Assembly (NCBI RefSeq): GCF_009914755.1 | Contig: NC_060925.1 | DNA: 64,000 bases | Direction: 5' to 3' (one strand) | Source of the DNA: the human T2T-CHM13v2.0 reference genome, Homo sapiens | Shown here: piece by piece, positions 49,132-62,048 of the stretch | Layout of the letters: every line of letters begins with the position of its first letter | How positions within the stretch are numbered: position 1 is the stretch's first letter | The notes under the pieces: model-generated | What the model was told of the DNA's origin: nothing | The model's database searches: none | What the model saw: only the letters and a program-made list of their open reading frames with translations | Translations under genes and position numbers: made by a program

Positions 49132-49259
49132 AAGCGGCAGAAGCTAGAGCCATCCCAAGTTGGGCTGGAGCGGCAGCTGGAGGAGAAAACAGAAGAGTGC
49201 AGCCGACTGCAGGAGCTGCTGGAGAGGAGGAAGGGGGAGGCCCAGCAGAGCAACAAGGA
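49132..49259 (+). CDS. CGN: CGN exon 6 (KRQKLEPSQ...QQSNK)
   Basis: ttacag|AAG; GA|GTGAGT; 128 nt. Confidence 0.94.
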
Positions 49260-49923
49260 GTGAGTGCAGCTGGTGGCGCACCTCGGGCTGCTTGGGGGCC
49301 TAGGCCAGGTTTAGAGGCCACTCCCTCTTTGCCCCTAGGGTTGAAGGAGACAGAAGGAAATCTCCAGAAGCTGAAAGGGGCAGTGTTGGTTTAAGGACAG
49401 GATAGGGCCTTTCTCTCTACCTTCTTTATCAATAATGGTGGTAGTGCATGATTTGGAGTTAAGCTACCTGGGTTTGCCTCTGTCTCAGATTCTTAAGCTA
49501 TAAAATAGACTTAATAATAGTACCTACCTCACAGGATCATTGTAAGGATTCAGTCATCCATTCAGCAGATGTTTCATCAAGAATGCTGTGACAGGCATTA
49601 ATCTAGGTTCCCAAGACACATCAGTGAACCCTATAGATGAAGGGCTCGCTCTCCAGAAGCTTAGTTTCTACTGAGAGGGAACAGACAGTAAACAAACATA
49701 TTTTGCAAGTAAATTTGTAACACACGAGAAGGCAGTAAATACAACAGGGTAAGGCAGATCAGGAGGGCCAGGTTGTAGCGGGGCAGGTTGCAAAAATCAG
49801 GGGAGGCCTCATCAAGATTTGAAGGAAGGAAGTTTAAATGCATTAATAAATATGAATTAAAATATATGATGCGTTTAGAGAACTGCCTGACACATAGTGT
49901 GCAATAATGTTATCTATTATTAG

Positions 49924-50056
49924 GCTCCAGAACATGAAGCGCCTCTTGGACCAGGGTGAAGATTTACGACATGGGCTGGAGACCCAGGTGATGGAGCTGC
50001 AGAACAAGCTGAAACATGTCCAGGGTCCTGAGCCTGCTAAGGAGGTGTTACTGAAG
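49924..50056 (+). CDS. CGN: CGN exon 7 ([10 protein letters not shown]...KEVLLK)
   Basis: attattag|G; AAG|GTAGGG; 133 nt, phase consistent. Confidence 0.92.
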
Positions 50057-50371
50057 GTAGGGTCTGGGGTCATATGCCCCAGCCTCTGCTTTTTCTCAGT
50101 TGGAGCATCCTCAAGTCTGCTCATCCATGGTTTCCCCAAAGTATGAGGAGTGGGTGGCTGATTACAGGTACTCAGTGTGCTTTCAGGTAGATTCAATGGT
50201 GTGTTGGGACTAGAGTTAGGATAAAGGAAACCTATCATTCTGGGCTCCAGTACTGGTACTAGAGCACCTGGTACTGTGCCTAATACGATAAATATTTTTT
50301 GACTCAGTGAATTGATAAACAGATGGATTCTAATATGGTCACCCCTGTACTTCTTCCTTTATTTTCTCCAG

Positions 50372-50584
50372 GACCTGTTAGAGACCCGGGAACTTCTGGA
50401 AGAGGTCTTGGAGGGGAAACAGCGAGTAGAGGAGCAGCTGAGGCTGCGGGAGCGGGAGTTGACAGCCCTGAAGGGGGCCCTGAAAGAGGAGGTAGCCTCC
50501 CGTGACCAGGAGGTGGAACATGTCCGGCAGCAGTACCAGCGAGACACAGAGCAGCTCCGCAGGAGCATGCAAGATGCAACCCAG
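50372..50584 (+). CDS. CGN: CGN exon 8 (DLLETRELL...MQDATQ), GC donor
   Basis: ctccag|GAC; 213 nt; ends CAG|GCATGT. Confidence 0.92.
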
Positions 50585-50885
50585 GCATGTGACAAGAGCA
50601 GGGTCTGAGAGAGGAGGGCACTGCTGGAGAACAAGGCTGCCTTGGGATCTTGGACTTTTGGACTTTTCATGGTTGCAACTGGGAACTCCCCCTCTCCTCC
50701 TAAAGGACACAGTGAGATCTGCTGAAAACCTTGGGCAGGAAAACTATAGGGGCAGAGGGAGGGAGTACAGGCCAGAAGTACCTTGAGGTTGTGTGACAAA
50801 AGTCCCAAGGGGGACTGGGTGCGGTAGCTCATGCATGTAATCCCAGCACTTTGGGAGGCTGAGGCGGGTGGACTGCTTGAGCTCA

Positions 50886-51272
<387 letters not shown>

Positions 51273-51339
51273 TCACACTTTGATTTGAAGTGACCTCTTC
51301 CCTCTGAGCCTTCTGGTGTCCAACTCTCCCCTTCTCTAG

Positions 51340-51488
51340 GACCATGCAGTGCTGGAGGCCGAGAGGCAGAAGATGTCAGCCCTTGTGCGAGGGCTGCAGA
51401 GGGAGCTGGAGGAGACTTCAGAGGAGACAGGGCATTGGCAGAGTATGTTCCAGAAGAACAAGGAGGATCTTAGAGCCACCAAGCAGGA
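51340..51488 (+). CDS. CGN: CGN exon 9 ([10 protein letters not shown]...RATKQ)
   Basis: ctctag|GAC; GA|GTAAGG; 149 nt. Confidence 0.94.
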
Positions 51489-51552
51489 GTAAGGACATTG
51501 GCCCTCTCAGAAATACCCATGATTCATATGCCACTTCCTTTCTTTTTTTTAA

Positions 51553-52052
<500 letters not shown>

Positions 52053-52111
52053 TAGTAGAGACGGGGTTTCACCATATTGGCCAGGCTGGTCTTGAACTCC
52101 TGACTTCGTGA

Positions 52112-52549
<438 letters not shown>

Positions 52550-52671
52550 TGAGAGTTGGTGCCCAGCGTGTTGGCCTCCAGAGAGGTGGCTTTTATTGTC
52601 ATGCTAACCTCCCCCAGGCATGTGGCCTTACTCTGTTCCCTTTCCCCTTTATTTCACCTTGCCTGGCTCAG

Positions 52672-52804
52672 ACTCCTGCAGCTGCGAATGGAGAAGGAGG
52701 AGATGGAAGAGGAGCTTGGAGAGAAGATAGAGGTCTTGCAGAGGGAATTAGAGCAGGCCCGAGCTAGTGCTGGAGATACTCGCCAGGTTGAGGTGCTCAA
52801 GAAG
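52672..52804 (+). CDS. CGN: CGN exon 10 ([10 protein letters not shown]...VEVLKK)
   Basis: ctcag|A; AAG|GTATTT; 133 nt. Confidence 0.94.
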
Positions 52805-53454
52805 GTATTTGGGAATTGGGGGGCAGAATGGTAGGTAGGGGTGATGAACACCTGCTTTACCTCTCCATGAGGGCCTTCTTGCTAGTGGGGCTATCTCCTG
52901 TGTGCTTGGTTTCCAGGCCTCATCCTGCCTGCTCAGCTTGATCTCTTTCCAGCACAGCAGCACCAGTCTCCTCATTGAGCATAGAGGTTTCTAATGGAAA
53001 GTGCTCTCAGAACCCAGGTTGGGGTATAGCCAGAGGCTGCTGGCCGACTCCCAAGAGACGTCATGGGTAGCAGCATTTAGGTGGATTTGTGAAACTCCAG
53101 GATGATTTTTGCAGGCTCAGAAATCTAATTTGGTCAGCATGGCAAAAGCTGCTTTGTCTTTCAGAGGGGTCTCTAACTACATTTATGAAAAAATGTTTAC
53201 CATTAGAATTTCAGTTTATTAATTTACATTGAGAAATATCATCACATGGACTGGAATACTTGTGTTGGCATGGCCTGGTTACTAATGTAACAAAACTAAT
53301 TAGAAAAAGAAAAATAGCAGAGTATATGGTATTACATTGAAGATTCACTACATATTATATAACCCTTTAGCCTAATTATGGTACTTTCTGAATTTCAGAA
53401 GTAGCTAATAGCTAATAATTAGAACCAGAACTCCTATTTTAATTTTCTTTTTAA

Positions 53455-53926
<472 letters not shown>

Positions 53927-54059
53927 TGATCCGCCCTCCTTGGCCTCCCAAAGTGCCGGGATTACAGGCGTGAGCCACCGCACCCAGCCTCACACTGTAT
54001 TTTTTTTAAACAACCAGCCTTACTAGCCATACCTTCATGTACTCTCCCTTCATGGTATT

Positions 54060-54998
54060 TTTTTTTTTATGGAGTTATATTTTACATGCTATAAAAGTCA
54101 TCTTTGTGTACAATCCAATGGGTTTTTTTTTCTTTTTGAGATGGAGTCTTACTCTGCTACCCAAGCTGGAGTGCAGTGGCACAATCTCGGCTCACTGCAA
54201 CCTCTGCCTTCTGGTTCAAGCCATTCTCCTGCCTCAGCTTCCCAAGCAGCTGGGATTACAGGCACACACCACCACGCCCGGCTAATTTTTGTATTTTTGG
54301 TAGAGACAGGGTTTCACCATGTTGTCCAGGCTGGTTTTGAACTCCTGACCTCAGGTGATCCACCCGCCTCAGCCTCCCAAACTGCAGGCATGAGCCACTG
54401 GCGCCTGGCCCCCAGTGGTTTTTATTATATTAACAAAGTTGTACAACCATCATCACTATTTAATTACAGAACATTTTCATTACCCCCTCAAAGGCGCCAA
54501 ACCCATTAGCAATAATTCCCCCCACCCAATGGCAACCACTAATCTACTTTTTGTCTCTGGATTTACCTATTCTGGATATTTAATATAATTGAATCCTATA
54601 ATATATGGGCCTTAAGGGTCTGGCTTCTTTCACCTAGCATAGTGTTTTCAAGGTTTGTCCATATGGTAGCAAGTATGAGTACTTCATTCCTTTTTATGGC
54701 TGAATAACATTCCACTCTGTGGGTATACCGTGTTTAGTCCAGTCATCAATTCGTGGACATCTGGGTTGTGTATCCATCTGGGCTATAATGAATAATGCTA
54801 CTATGAACATTCGCGTATAAGTTTTTTTGTGAACACATATTTTCGGTTCTCTTGGGTTACCTAAGAGTGGAATTGCTGGTGATATAAATGGTAAATCTGT
54901 GTTTAACTTTTTGAGAAACTGCCGAACTACTTTCCAAAGTGGCCACATCAGTTTTTATTCCCCTGGCAGTGTATGAGAGTTTCAGCTTCTCCACATTC
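54060..54998 (-). mobile_element. L1MB-type 3' fragment with Alu insert
   Basis: ORF 54694-54948(-) reads LWK..RQFLKKLN..PAIPLLG..TYTRMFIVALFIIA (L1 ORF2 C-terminus), followed by L1MB-like 3'UTR. Confidence 0.85.
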
Positions 54999-55051
54999 AG
55001 GTATCTTAGTCTGGCTCTGGGTGCCCCATCACCATTCCCGTTTCCTTCCAG

Positions 55052-55261
55052 GAGCTGCTCCGGACACAGGAGGAGCTTAAGGAACTGCAGGCAGAACGGC
55101 AGAGCCAGGAGGTGGCTGGGCGACACCGGGACCGGGAGTTGGAGAAGCAGCTGGCGGTCCTGAGGGTCGAGGCTGATCGAGGTCGGGAGCTGGAAGAACA
55201 GAACCTCCAGCTACAAAAGACCCTCCAGCAACTGCGACAGGACTGTGAAGAGGCTTCCAAG
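55052..55261 (+). CDS. CGN: CGN exon 11 (ELLRTQEEL...CEEASK), GC donor
   Basis: ttccag|GAG; 210 nt; ends AAG|GCAAGG. Confidence 0.92.
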
Positions 55262-55548
55262 GCAAGGGGAGTGGGCACAGGGCTTAGGAGGTGGAGGCTG
55301 AGGGTGTCTGGAGGGCTGAGGAGCCAGAGGGTGTGGAAAGTTACCTGTCATGGGTATGTACTGACCAGCTCCTGGGTCCTAGGCATGTGGTTCAAAGAAG
55401 CCAGGATTTGGCAGGGGGAGGATACCTGTATCTGTGTAGGGGTGGGATTCTCAGAGAAGCGTCTGGCTGGTGGCAGCTGCTCTCTTTAAGCCTCATTCTT
55501 ATGGGCTGTCTTTGGGATGGCTTTCCTGGGTGTGGTCAATGGCCCCAA

Positions 55549-55592
55549 GCCCTGGGGTCTGAGCTGCCACGCCCTGGGGTCTGAGCTGCCAC
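55549..55592. repeat. Perfect 22-bp tandem duplication GCCCTGGGGTCTGAGCTGCCAC x2
   Basis: 55549-55570 equals 55571-55592. Confidence 0.95.
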
Positions 55593-55610
55593 CCCCTGAA
55601 CCGTCCTTAG

Positions 55611-55817
55611 GCTAAGATGGTGGCCGAGGCAGAGGCAACAGTGCTGGGGCAGCGGCGGGCCGCAGTGGAGACGACGCTTCGGGAGACCCAGGAGGAAAAT
55701 GACGAATTCCGCCGGCGCATCCTGGGTTTGGAGCAGCAGCTGAAGGAGACTCGAGGTCTGGTGGATGGTGGGGAAGCGGTGGAGGCACGACTACGGGACA
55801 AGCTGCAGCGGCTGGAG
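55611..55817 (+). CDS. CGN: CGN exon 12 (AKMVAEAE...KLQRLE)
   Basis: ccttag|GCT; GAG|GTCAGT; 207 nt. Confidence 0.94.
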
Positions 55818-56190
55818 GTCAGTGGTTCTGCCCTCCCAGCCCTCTCTGCTCAGCCCTGGTGAAATACTCCTATGCTAAGTAGTTAGCCATCAGTTTCACT
55901 TTGCCCTTAGTGTGCATCTGTTTTGCCTCCCCAAACCTGCTCTGTTAACCTTGGGTTTATTTCCTGGTGTATACTTTGGCGCCAATGTTCAGTCTTTGCA
56001 CTGGTAGTTTTGTTTCTTATTTCTCACCCTTTGCTTGCTCTATGTGTCCTGATTTCTTTGCTAGGAGCCTGTTTTCATTGCACATCATTTTCATAAATAC
56101 CTCCTTTCTCCTGCCCAGCTACCCACCTCCAAATGACTTGAACCCAAGTTTTACCTTTTCTCAGTCCAACCCTGCTTCCCTACCTCCCAG

Positions 56191-56448
56191 GCAGAGAAAC
56201 AGCAGCTGGAGGAGGCCCTGAATGCGTCCCAGGAAGAGGAGGGGAGTCTGGCAGCAGCCAAGCGGGCACTGGAGGCACGCCTAGAGGAGGCTCAGCGGGG
56301 GCTGGCCCGCCTGGGGCAGGAGCAGCAGACACTGAACCGGGCCCTGGAGGAGGAAGGGAAGCAGCGGGAGGTGCTCCGGCGAGGCAAGGCTGAGCTGGAG
56401 GAGCAGAAGCGTTTGCTGGACAGGACTGTGGACCGACTGAACAAGGAG
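56191..56448 (+). CDS. CGN: CGN exon 13 (AEKQQLEE...DRLNKE)
   Basis: cccag|GCA; GAG|GTGGGG; 258 nt. Confidence 0.94.
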
Positions 56449-56736
56449 GTGGGGCATGGGGTATTCTGGGCCTTTAGGAAGAGGCCCAGCTCATCCAGAA
56501 GCTGGCCTGAGAGGACAGGGGCTTGGGGGAGAGGGGTTAGTCAGAATGTGTGATGATTATGGCCAGGTGCGGTGACTCACTCCTGTAATTCCAGCACTTT
56601 GAGAGGCTGAGGTAGGCAGATACCCGAGGTCAGGAGTTTGAGACCAGCCTGGCCAACATAGCAAAACTCTGTCTCTACTAAAAATACAAAAAATTAGCCG
56701 GGCTTGGTGGCTCATGCCTGTAGTCCCAGCTACTCA

Positions 56737-56880
<144 letters not shown>

Positions 56881-57479
56881 TCAAGTTCATTGTTAGGAAG
56901 ACCAAGACCAAATCTTCTGGAAGGGGCATCCTTCCTACCTCCCCTCCATGTTTTTGCTCTTTCCCTTACATCCTATTCCTTTATGGTCTTCATTCTTGGA
57001 GAACATCTCCTGGGATTCTCCCTTGGGAGTCTACAAAACCTAAATACAAGAATCTTCAATGGCCAGCTTGGGCAACATAATAAGACTCTGTCTCTACTTA
57101 AAAATAAAATTAGCCTGCTGTGGTGGCTTGTTCCTCAGTTTCTCTTTATAGATGGGGAATTGAGACCCAGAGAAGATAAGTAACTTGCCTATGGTTGCTA
57201 ATTAGTGGTAGAGCCAGGATTTGAACCCAGACATCTGTATTCCCAGCTACTCGGAAGGCTGACGTAGGATTGCTTGAGCCCAGGAGGTTGAGGCTGCAGT
57301 GAGCTGTGACTGCCCCACTGCGCTACAGCAAGAGCCTGTCAAAAAAAAAAATCTTCATTGGTAGAATTTTAAATTTGGGTGAGGGGAAGGAGAAAAGAAA
57401 GAAAAAAGAAAAGGAAATAAATTGCTTTTGCTGCTAAGGTTCTCCTCCCAATCTTTTTGTAAAGCAAGAGCAAACACGT

Positions 57480-57743
57480 AATATGTTACATCAATTCTAA
57501 AGTGCACATTTTATCATTTGTCAATGAAAAATGCACATCTTATCATTTGTCAATGAAAAATGCACATCTTATCATTTGTCAATGAAAAATGCACATCTTA
57601 TCATTTGTCAATGAAAAATGCACATTTTATCATTTCTGAAATAGAGTTGTGTCTTATACCTTATGGTATGTTATAGTTTAATTGGCATATTTTTCTTAGT
57701 GGTACGCCGTATAATCATTGGCACCTTGGGTTTGCTGAAATGG
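57480..57743. mobile_element. MER104 (Tc2/Kanga-type MITE) containing a minisatellite
   Basis: CATCAATTCTAAAGTGCACATTTT..TCTGAAAT..ATAGTTTAATTGGCA..TTCTTAGTGGTAC match recalled MER104. Confidence 0.72.
57503..57635. repeat. 29-bp minisatellite, 4.6 copies (TGCACATCTTATCATTTGTCAATGAAAAA)
   Basis: Units start at 57503, 57532, 57561 and 57590, with a partial unit at 57619. Confidence 0.95.
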
Positions 57744-58103
57744 TCATTTAAGGCTTACTTTGTATCAGGCACTGTTGTAAGTACAGAACTTCACATAATT
57801 AACTAATGTAATTCTCACAACACCTTGTGATATAGTTACTATTTTTAATCCCATTTTACAGATGGGGGACTGAGACCCAGAGAGATAAGTAACTTGCACA
57901 TGGTCACCAGTAAGCGGTAGAGCCAGGATTTGAACCCAGACATCTGTATATAACTATTAGCTATACTAGGAACCTAGGCCCAGGAAAGAGCAAGAGAGGG
58001 CTGCCTTGTCAGGAAGGAGACCCTTAGGGGAGAGTCTTGGGAGTCTGGGCCTGGAGAGGGTCATTTATGTACAGTGCTGAAGACCCTTTTCTCTGTGTTT
58101 CAG

Positions 58104-58274
58104 TTGGAGAAGATCGGGGAGGACTCTAAGCAAGCCCTGCAGCAGCTCCAGGCCCAGCTGGAGGATTATAAGGAAAAGGCCCGGCGGGAGGTGGCAGATG
58201 CCCAGCGCCAGGCCAAGGATTGGGCCAGTGAGGCTGAGAAGACCTCTGGAGGACTGAGCCGACTTCAGGATGAG
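58104..58274 (+). CDS. CGN: CGN exon 14 (LEKIGEDSK...RLQDE)
   Basis: tttcag|TTG; GAG|GTAGAA; 171 nt. Confidence 0.94.
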
Positions 58275-58278
58275 GTAG

Positions 58279-58527
<249 letters not shown>

Positions 58528-58717
58528 TAGCCAGGATGGTCTCAATCTCCTGACCTCGTGATCCGCCCTCCTCGGCCTCCCAAAATGCTAGGATAACAGG
58601 CATGAGCCACTGCGCCCAGCCCGGTCCTTGCCTCTTAACTGAACCTGTGGCCAAGGGTCCCTGGGGCCCAGGTTTAGGTCTAATGACTTGCAGGGTGGAG
58701 GAATATATTGTCTGTAG

Positions 58718-58880
58718 AGCAGTGATTTTCAAATTCTGTAGCTTAGAGCCACCTGAGGAGATTTTTAAAAATCCCCACACCCAGGCTGTATCCCATACCA
58801 CTTCAGTCATCATCTCTGGGGATGGGATCCAGGATCAGAATTTAAAAAAACTCCTCAGGTGATTCCAAGTTGTGTAGAGA
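58718..58880. mobile_element. MER5-family hAT fragment
   Basis: CAGTGATTTTCAAA..CACCTGAGGAGATTTTTAAAAAT..CATCTCTGGGGATGGGATCCAGG..CTCAGGTGATTCCAA. Confidence 0.7.
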
Positions 58881-58977
58881 CTTTAAAAACAATAAAGAAG
58901 CTGAGGACGGTGGCTCACGCCTGTAATCCCAGCACGTTGGGAGGCTGAGGCGGGCAGATCATGAGGTCAGGTGTTCA

Positions 58978-59306
<329 letters not shown>

Positions 59307-59309
59307 CTA

Positions 59310-59566
<257 letters not shown>

Positions 59567-59677
59567 CTAAAGAGTGACAGTGATGAAATGTTTCTGCCCA
59601 CTGGGCTGGACTGCTCCTGCCCCTCAACCCTCACCTTCTCACTACACTGAGCTGTGGCATTTTTACCCCCTGCCCAG

Positions 59678-59839
59678 ATCCAGAGGCTGCGGCAGGCCCT
59701 GCAGGCATCCCAGGCTGAGCGGGACACAGCCCGGCTGGACAAAGAGCTACTGGCCCAGCGACTGCAGGGGCTGGAGCAAGAGGCAGAGAATAAGAAGCGT
59801 TCCCAGGACGACAGGGCCCGGCAGCTGAAGGGTCTCGAG
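59678..59839 (+). CDS. CGN: CGN exon 15 (IQRLRQAL...QLKGLE)
   Basis: cccag|ATC; GAG|GTGAGG; 162 nt. Confidence 0.94.
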
Positions 59840-59899
59840 GTGAGGGCACTGAGGTGTGACCTGTGGAAAAAGGGTGGGACTTCCAAGCCTCTTTCTGTA

Positions 59900-60150
59900 C
59901 TAGCGGTCAAAACCGACAGCCCACAGTTGATGAGTTTTGTTTGGCTGCAGTATTTTCAACAACTTTGAATCAATTGCCAATGTTTAGAAATTTATAGAGG
60001 TCACCTAAAAATTTGGATTTCTAGTTTCTTTTGTATTTGGCAGATATGGTAATACTGAGTGTCTTGTCCTGAGTCTGCATGGCAACAGTTGGCTGGAGCT
60101 GAGCAGTGGGTTTCCCCTTTAGAGTGAACAGTATTCTTCAGTTTGCTATA
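59900..60150. mobile_element. MER102-like hAT fragment
   Basis: CATGGCAACAGTTGGCTGGAGCTGAGCAGTGGGTTTCCCCTTTAGA resembles recalled MER102. Confidence 0.55.
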
Positions 60151-60567
60151 TTTGATAATAATAATAGCAGCAGCAAACATATTGTGCTGTGTGATAGGCA
60201 CTTAAGACTTAATCCTCAGAATAACTCTGTGGGGTAGGTAGTCTTGTTTTCTCCATTTTACAGATGAAGGAAACTGAGGCACAGAGAGATGAACTTGTCC
60301 ATGGTCTACTGCCAGGAAGTGGTAAATCTGATTTTCAGACTGGACAGTCTGGTCCCATGTACATACTCTTAGCCTCTACGTGGTACTGCCTCCAGTACCT
60401 CAGTTTCTGAGTCTCTTCACCTCAGCCTTGGCCCAGGTACTTGGGTTTCTCTCTCTTTTCCCATTAGAGAAATAAGGTTTTCCAATGAAGAGTAGATTCT
60501 GGGGTTTGCCTTTCTGTCAAAGGGCCGTCACCAGAGCATGGCCCCGACCTGCCCATGATGCCACATC

Positions 60568-60586
60568 TGGTCAGTAGAGGGCGCTG
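60568..60586 (+). promoter_or_regulatory. Candidate CTCF site in intron 15
   Basis: TGGTCAGTAGAGGGCGCTG closely matches the core CTCF consensus TGGCCASYAGRKGGCRSYR. Confidence 0.6.
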
Positions 60587-60744
60587 GCTCCATAGTGGCT
60601 CTGGGTCCAGGCAAGTACCAAAAGGTTACTGGGATGTGCAAGAGAGAAAAGTCTGTTAATGCTGGAGTTTGAGAGGCTCCTGGTCTGAGTTTGGCATTCT
60701 GGTGTCCAGCATTTGGGACAGAATTACTTGTTCTTCTGTCCTAG

Positions 60745-60834
60745 GAAAAAGTCTCACGGCTGGAAACAGAGTTAGATGAGGAGAAGAACACCGTGGAGCT
60801 GCTAACAGATCGGGTGAATCGTGGCCGGGACCAG
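60745..60834 (+). CDS. CGN: CGN exon 16 (EKVSRLETE...RGRDQ)
   Basis: cctag|GAA; CAG|GTAACC; 90 nt. Confidence 0.94.
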
Positions 60835-61302
60835 GTAACCGCCCCCACCCCTCATCTCTGTTTACCCCTGACTGCATCACCTCTTGGTTCTCTCAAAAAC
60901 AACTCTACCCTCCCATCTTTCATCATCTGGCTGCCGAATCTGTGCGTGGCTGGGTCTCCTTCAGGGTTTTGTCTGCTTTGGGAAAGGTTGGCCAGTTTCC
61001 TTGGGTGGAAAGAAGCCAATGATTTGCATGGAGGAAGGGATCCTGGTGGCCTGGGCTGTTCTCTGACCTGAATTGGGGCTTCTTTGGTTTACAAGGGATA
61101 CTAGTTCCTGGAGGGACGAAGGAGGCTCTGTTTGCATTCTCTGGCCCCTCCCATTTGAATAGGCTGTGATTTTTTAGTTGCCTGGGAATTTTTGGATTCA
61201 GGGTTCAGAGACCATCCTCCCATGACTCAGCCTCACTTTGTTCAGCTTGCTGGTTCATCCTTAGCCCTCCCCAAGTCTGGTCCTCTCACCCATCCCCACT
61301 AG

Positions 61303-61386
61303 GTGGATCAGCTGAGGACAGAGCTCATGCAGGAAAGGTCTGCTCGGCAGGACCTGGAGTGTGACAAAATCTCCTTGGAGAGACAG
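61303..61386 (+). CDS. CGN: CGN exon 17 (VDQLRTEL...SLERQ)
   Basis: actag|GTG; CAG|GTGATG; 84 nt. Confidence 0.92.
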
Positions 61387-61482
61387 GTGATGGGGGAGGG
61401 GAGGATTCTTAGGGATGGACCCCAGGAGGTGAGTAAAATGGCCAGTGGAGTGCTAACTGTGGAGGCTTCCTGTCCCTCTCAG

Positions 61483-61601
61483 AACAAGGACCTGAAGACC
61501 CGGTTGGCCAGCTCAGAAGGCTTCCAGAAGCCTAGTGCCAGCCTCTCTCAGCTTGAGTCCCAGAATCAGTTGTTGCAGGAGCGGCTACAGGCTGAAGAGA
61601 G
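61483..61601 (+). CDS. CGN: CGN exon 18 (NKDLKTRL...QAEE)
   Basis: Branch point TGCTAAC 61451-61457; ctcag|AAC; AG|GTGACA; 119 nt. Confidence 0.93.
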
Positions 61602-61939
61602 GTGACATAAGCCTATCCTTCCTCCCTTCCTCCCTCCTTTTCTTCCTCCCTCCCTCTTGGCTTTTCTCCTCTGTGGCTCCCTCCATCTTCCACCTCAGAT
61701 ATGGCCAGCCTGGCCTGATCTTTAGGGAACACTTTCTCCTGATAGAGAGCAAAGAGTGTTGCAGAAATTCTGAAATGTGAATGACGTCACTCTCCCTCAT
61801 TCTTTGAATCTGCCCTGGATCCTGCCCAGTCTAATGGTGGAGCTCATGGCTGAGAGGAGTCCTTGGGGACAGTAGGGGGCCAAGTTAGGATTCCCTTAGA
61901 AATGGGGACACTCATAGACATTCTTCTACCTCACCTTAG

Positions 61940-62048
61940 GGAGAAGACAGTTCTGCAGTCTACCAATCGAAAACTGGAGCGGAAAGTTAAAGAACTATCC
62001 ATCCAGATTGAAGACGAGCGGCAGCATGTCAATGACCAGAAAGACCAG
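61940..62048 (+). CDS. CGN: CGN exon 19 (EKTVLQSTN...DQKDQ)
   Basis: ccttag|G; CAG|GTGAGG; 109 nt. Confidence 0.94.

Noticed and set aside
54011-54030. ACCAGCC beyond the AluY as the displaced 5' part of SNORA44
   Set aside because: Only a 7-nt match to my recalled sequence; not supportable without an alignment.
54694-54948. ORF resembling L1 ORF2
   Set aside because: A short decayed C-terminal fragment of an old L1MB; not functional.
57503-57635. 29-bp repeat as a CRISPR-like array
   Set aside because: Units are directly adjacent with no unique spacers, in a eukaryotic intron with no cas genes.
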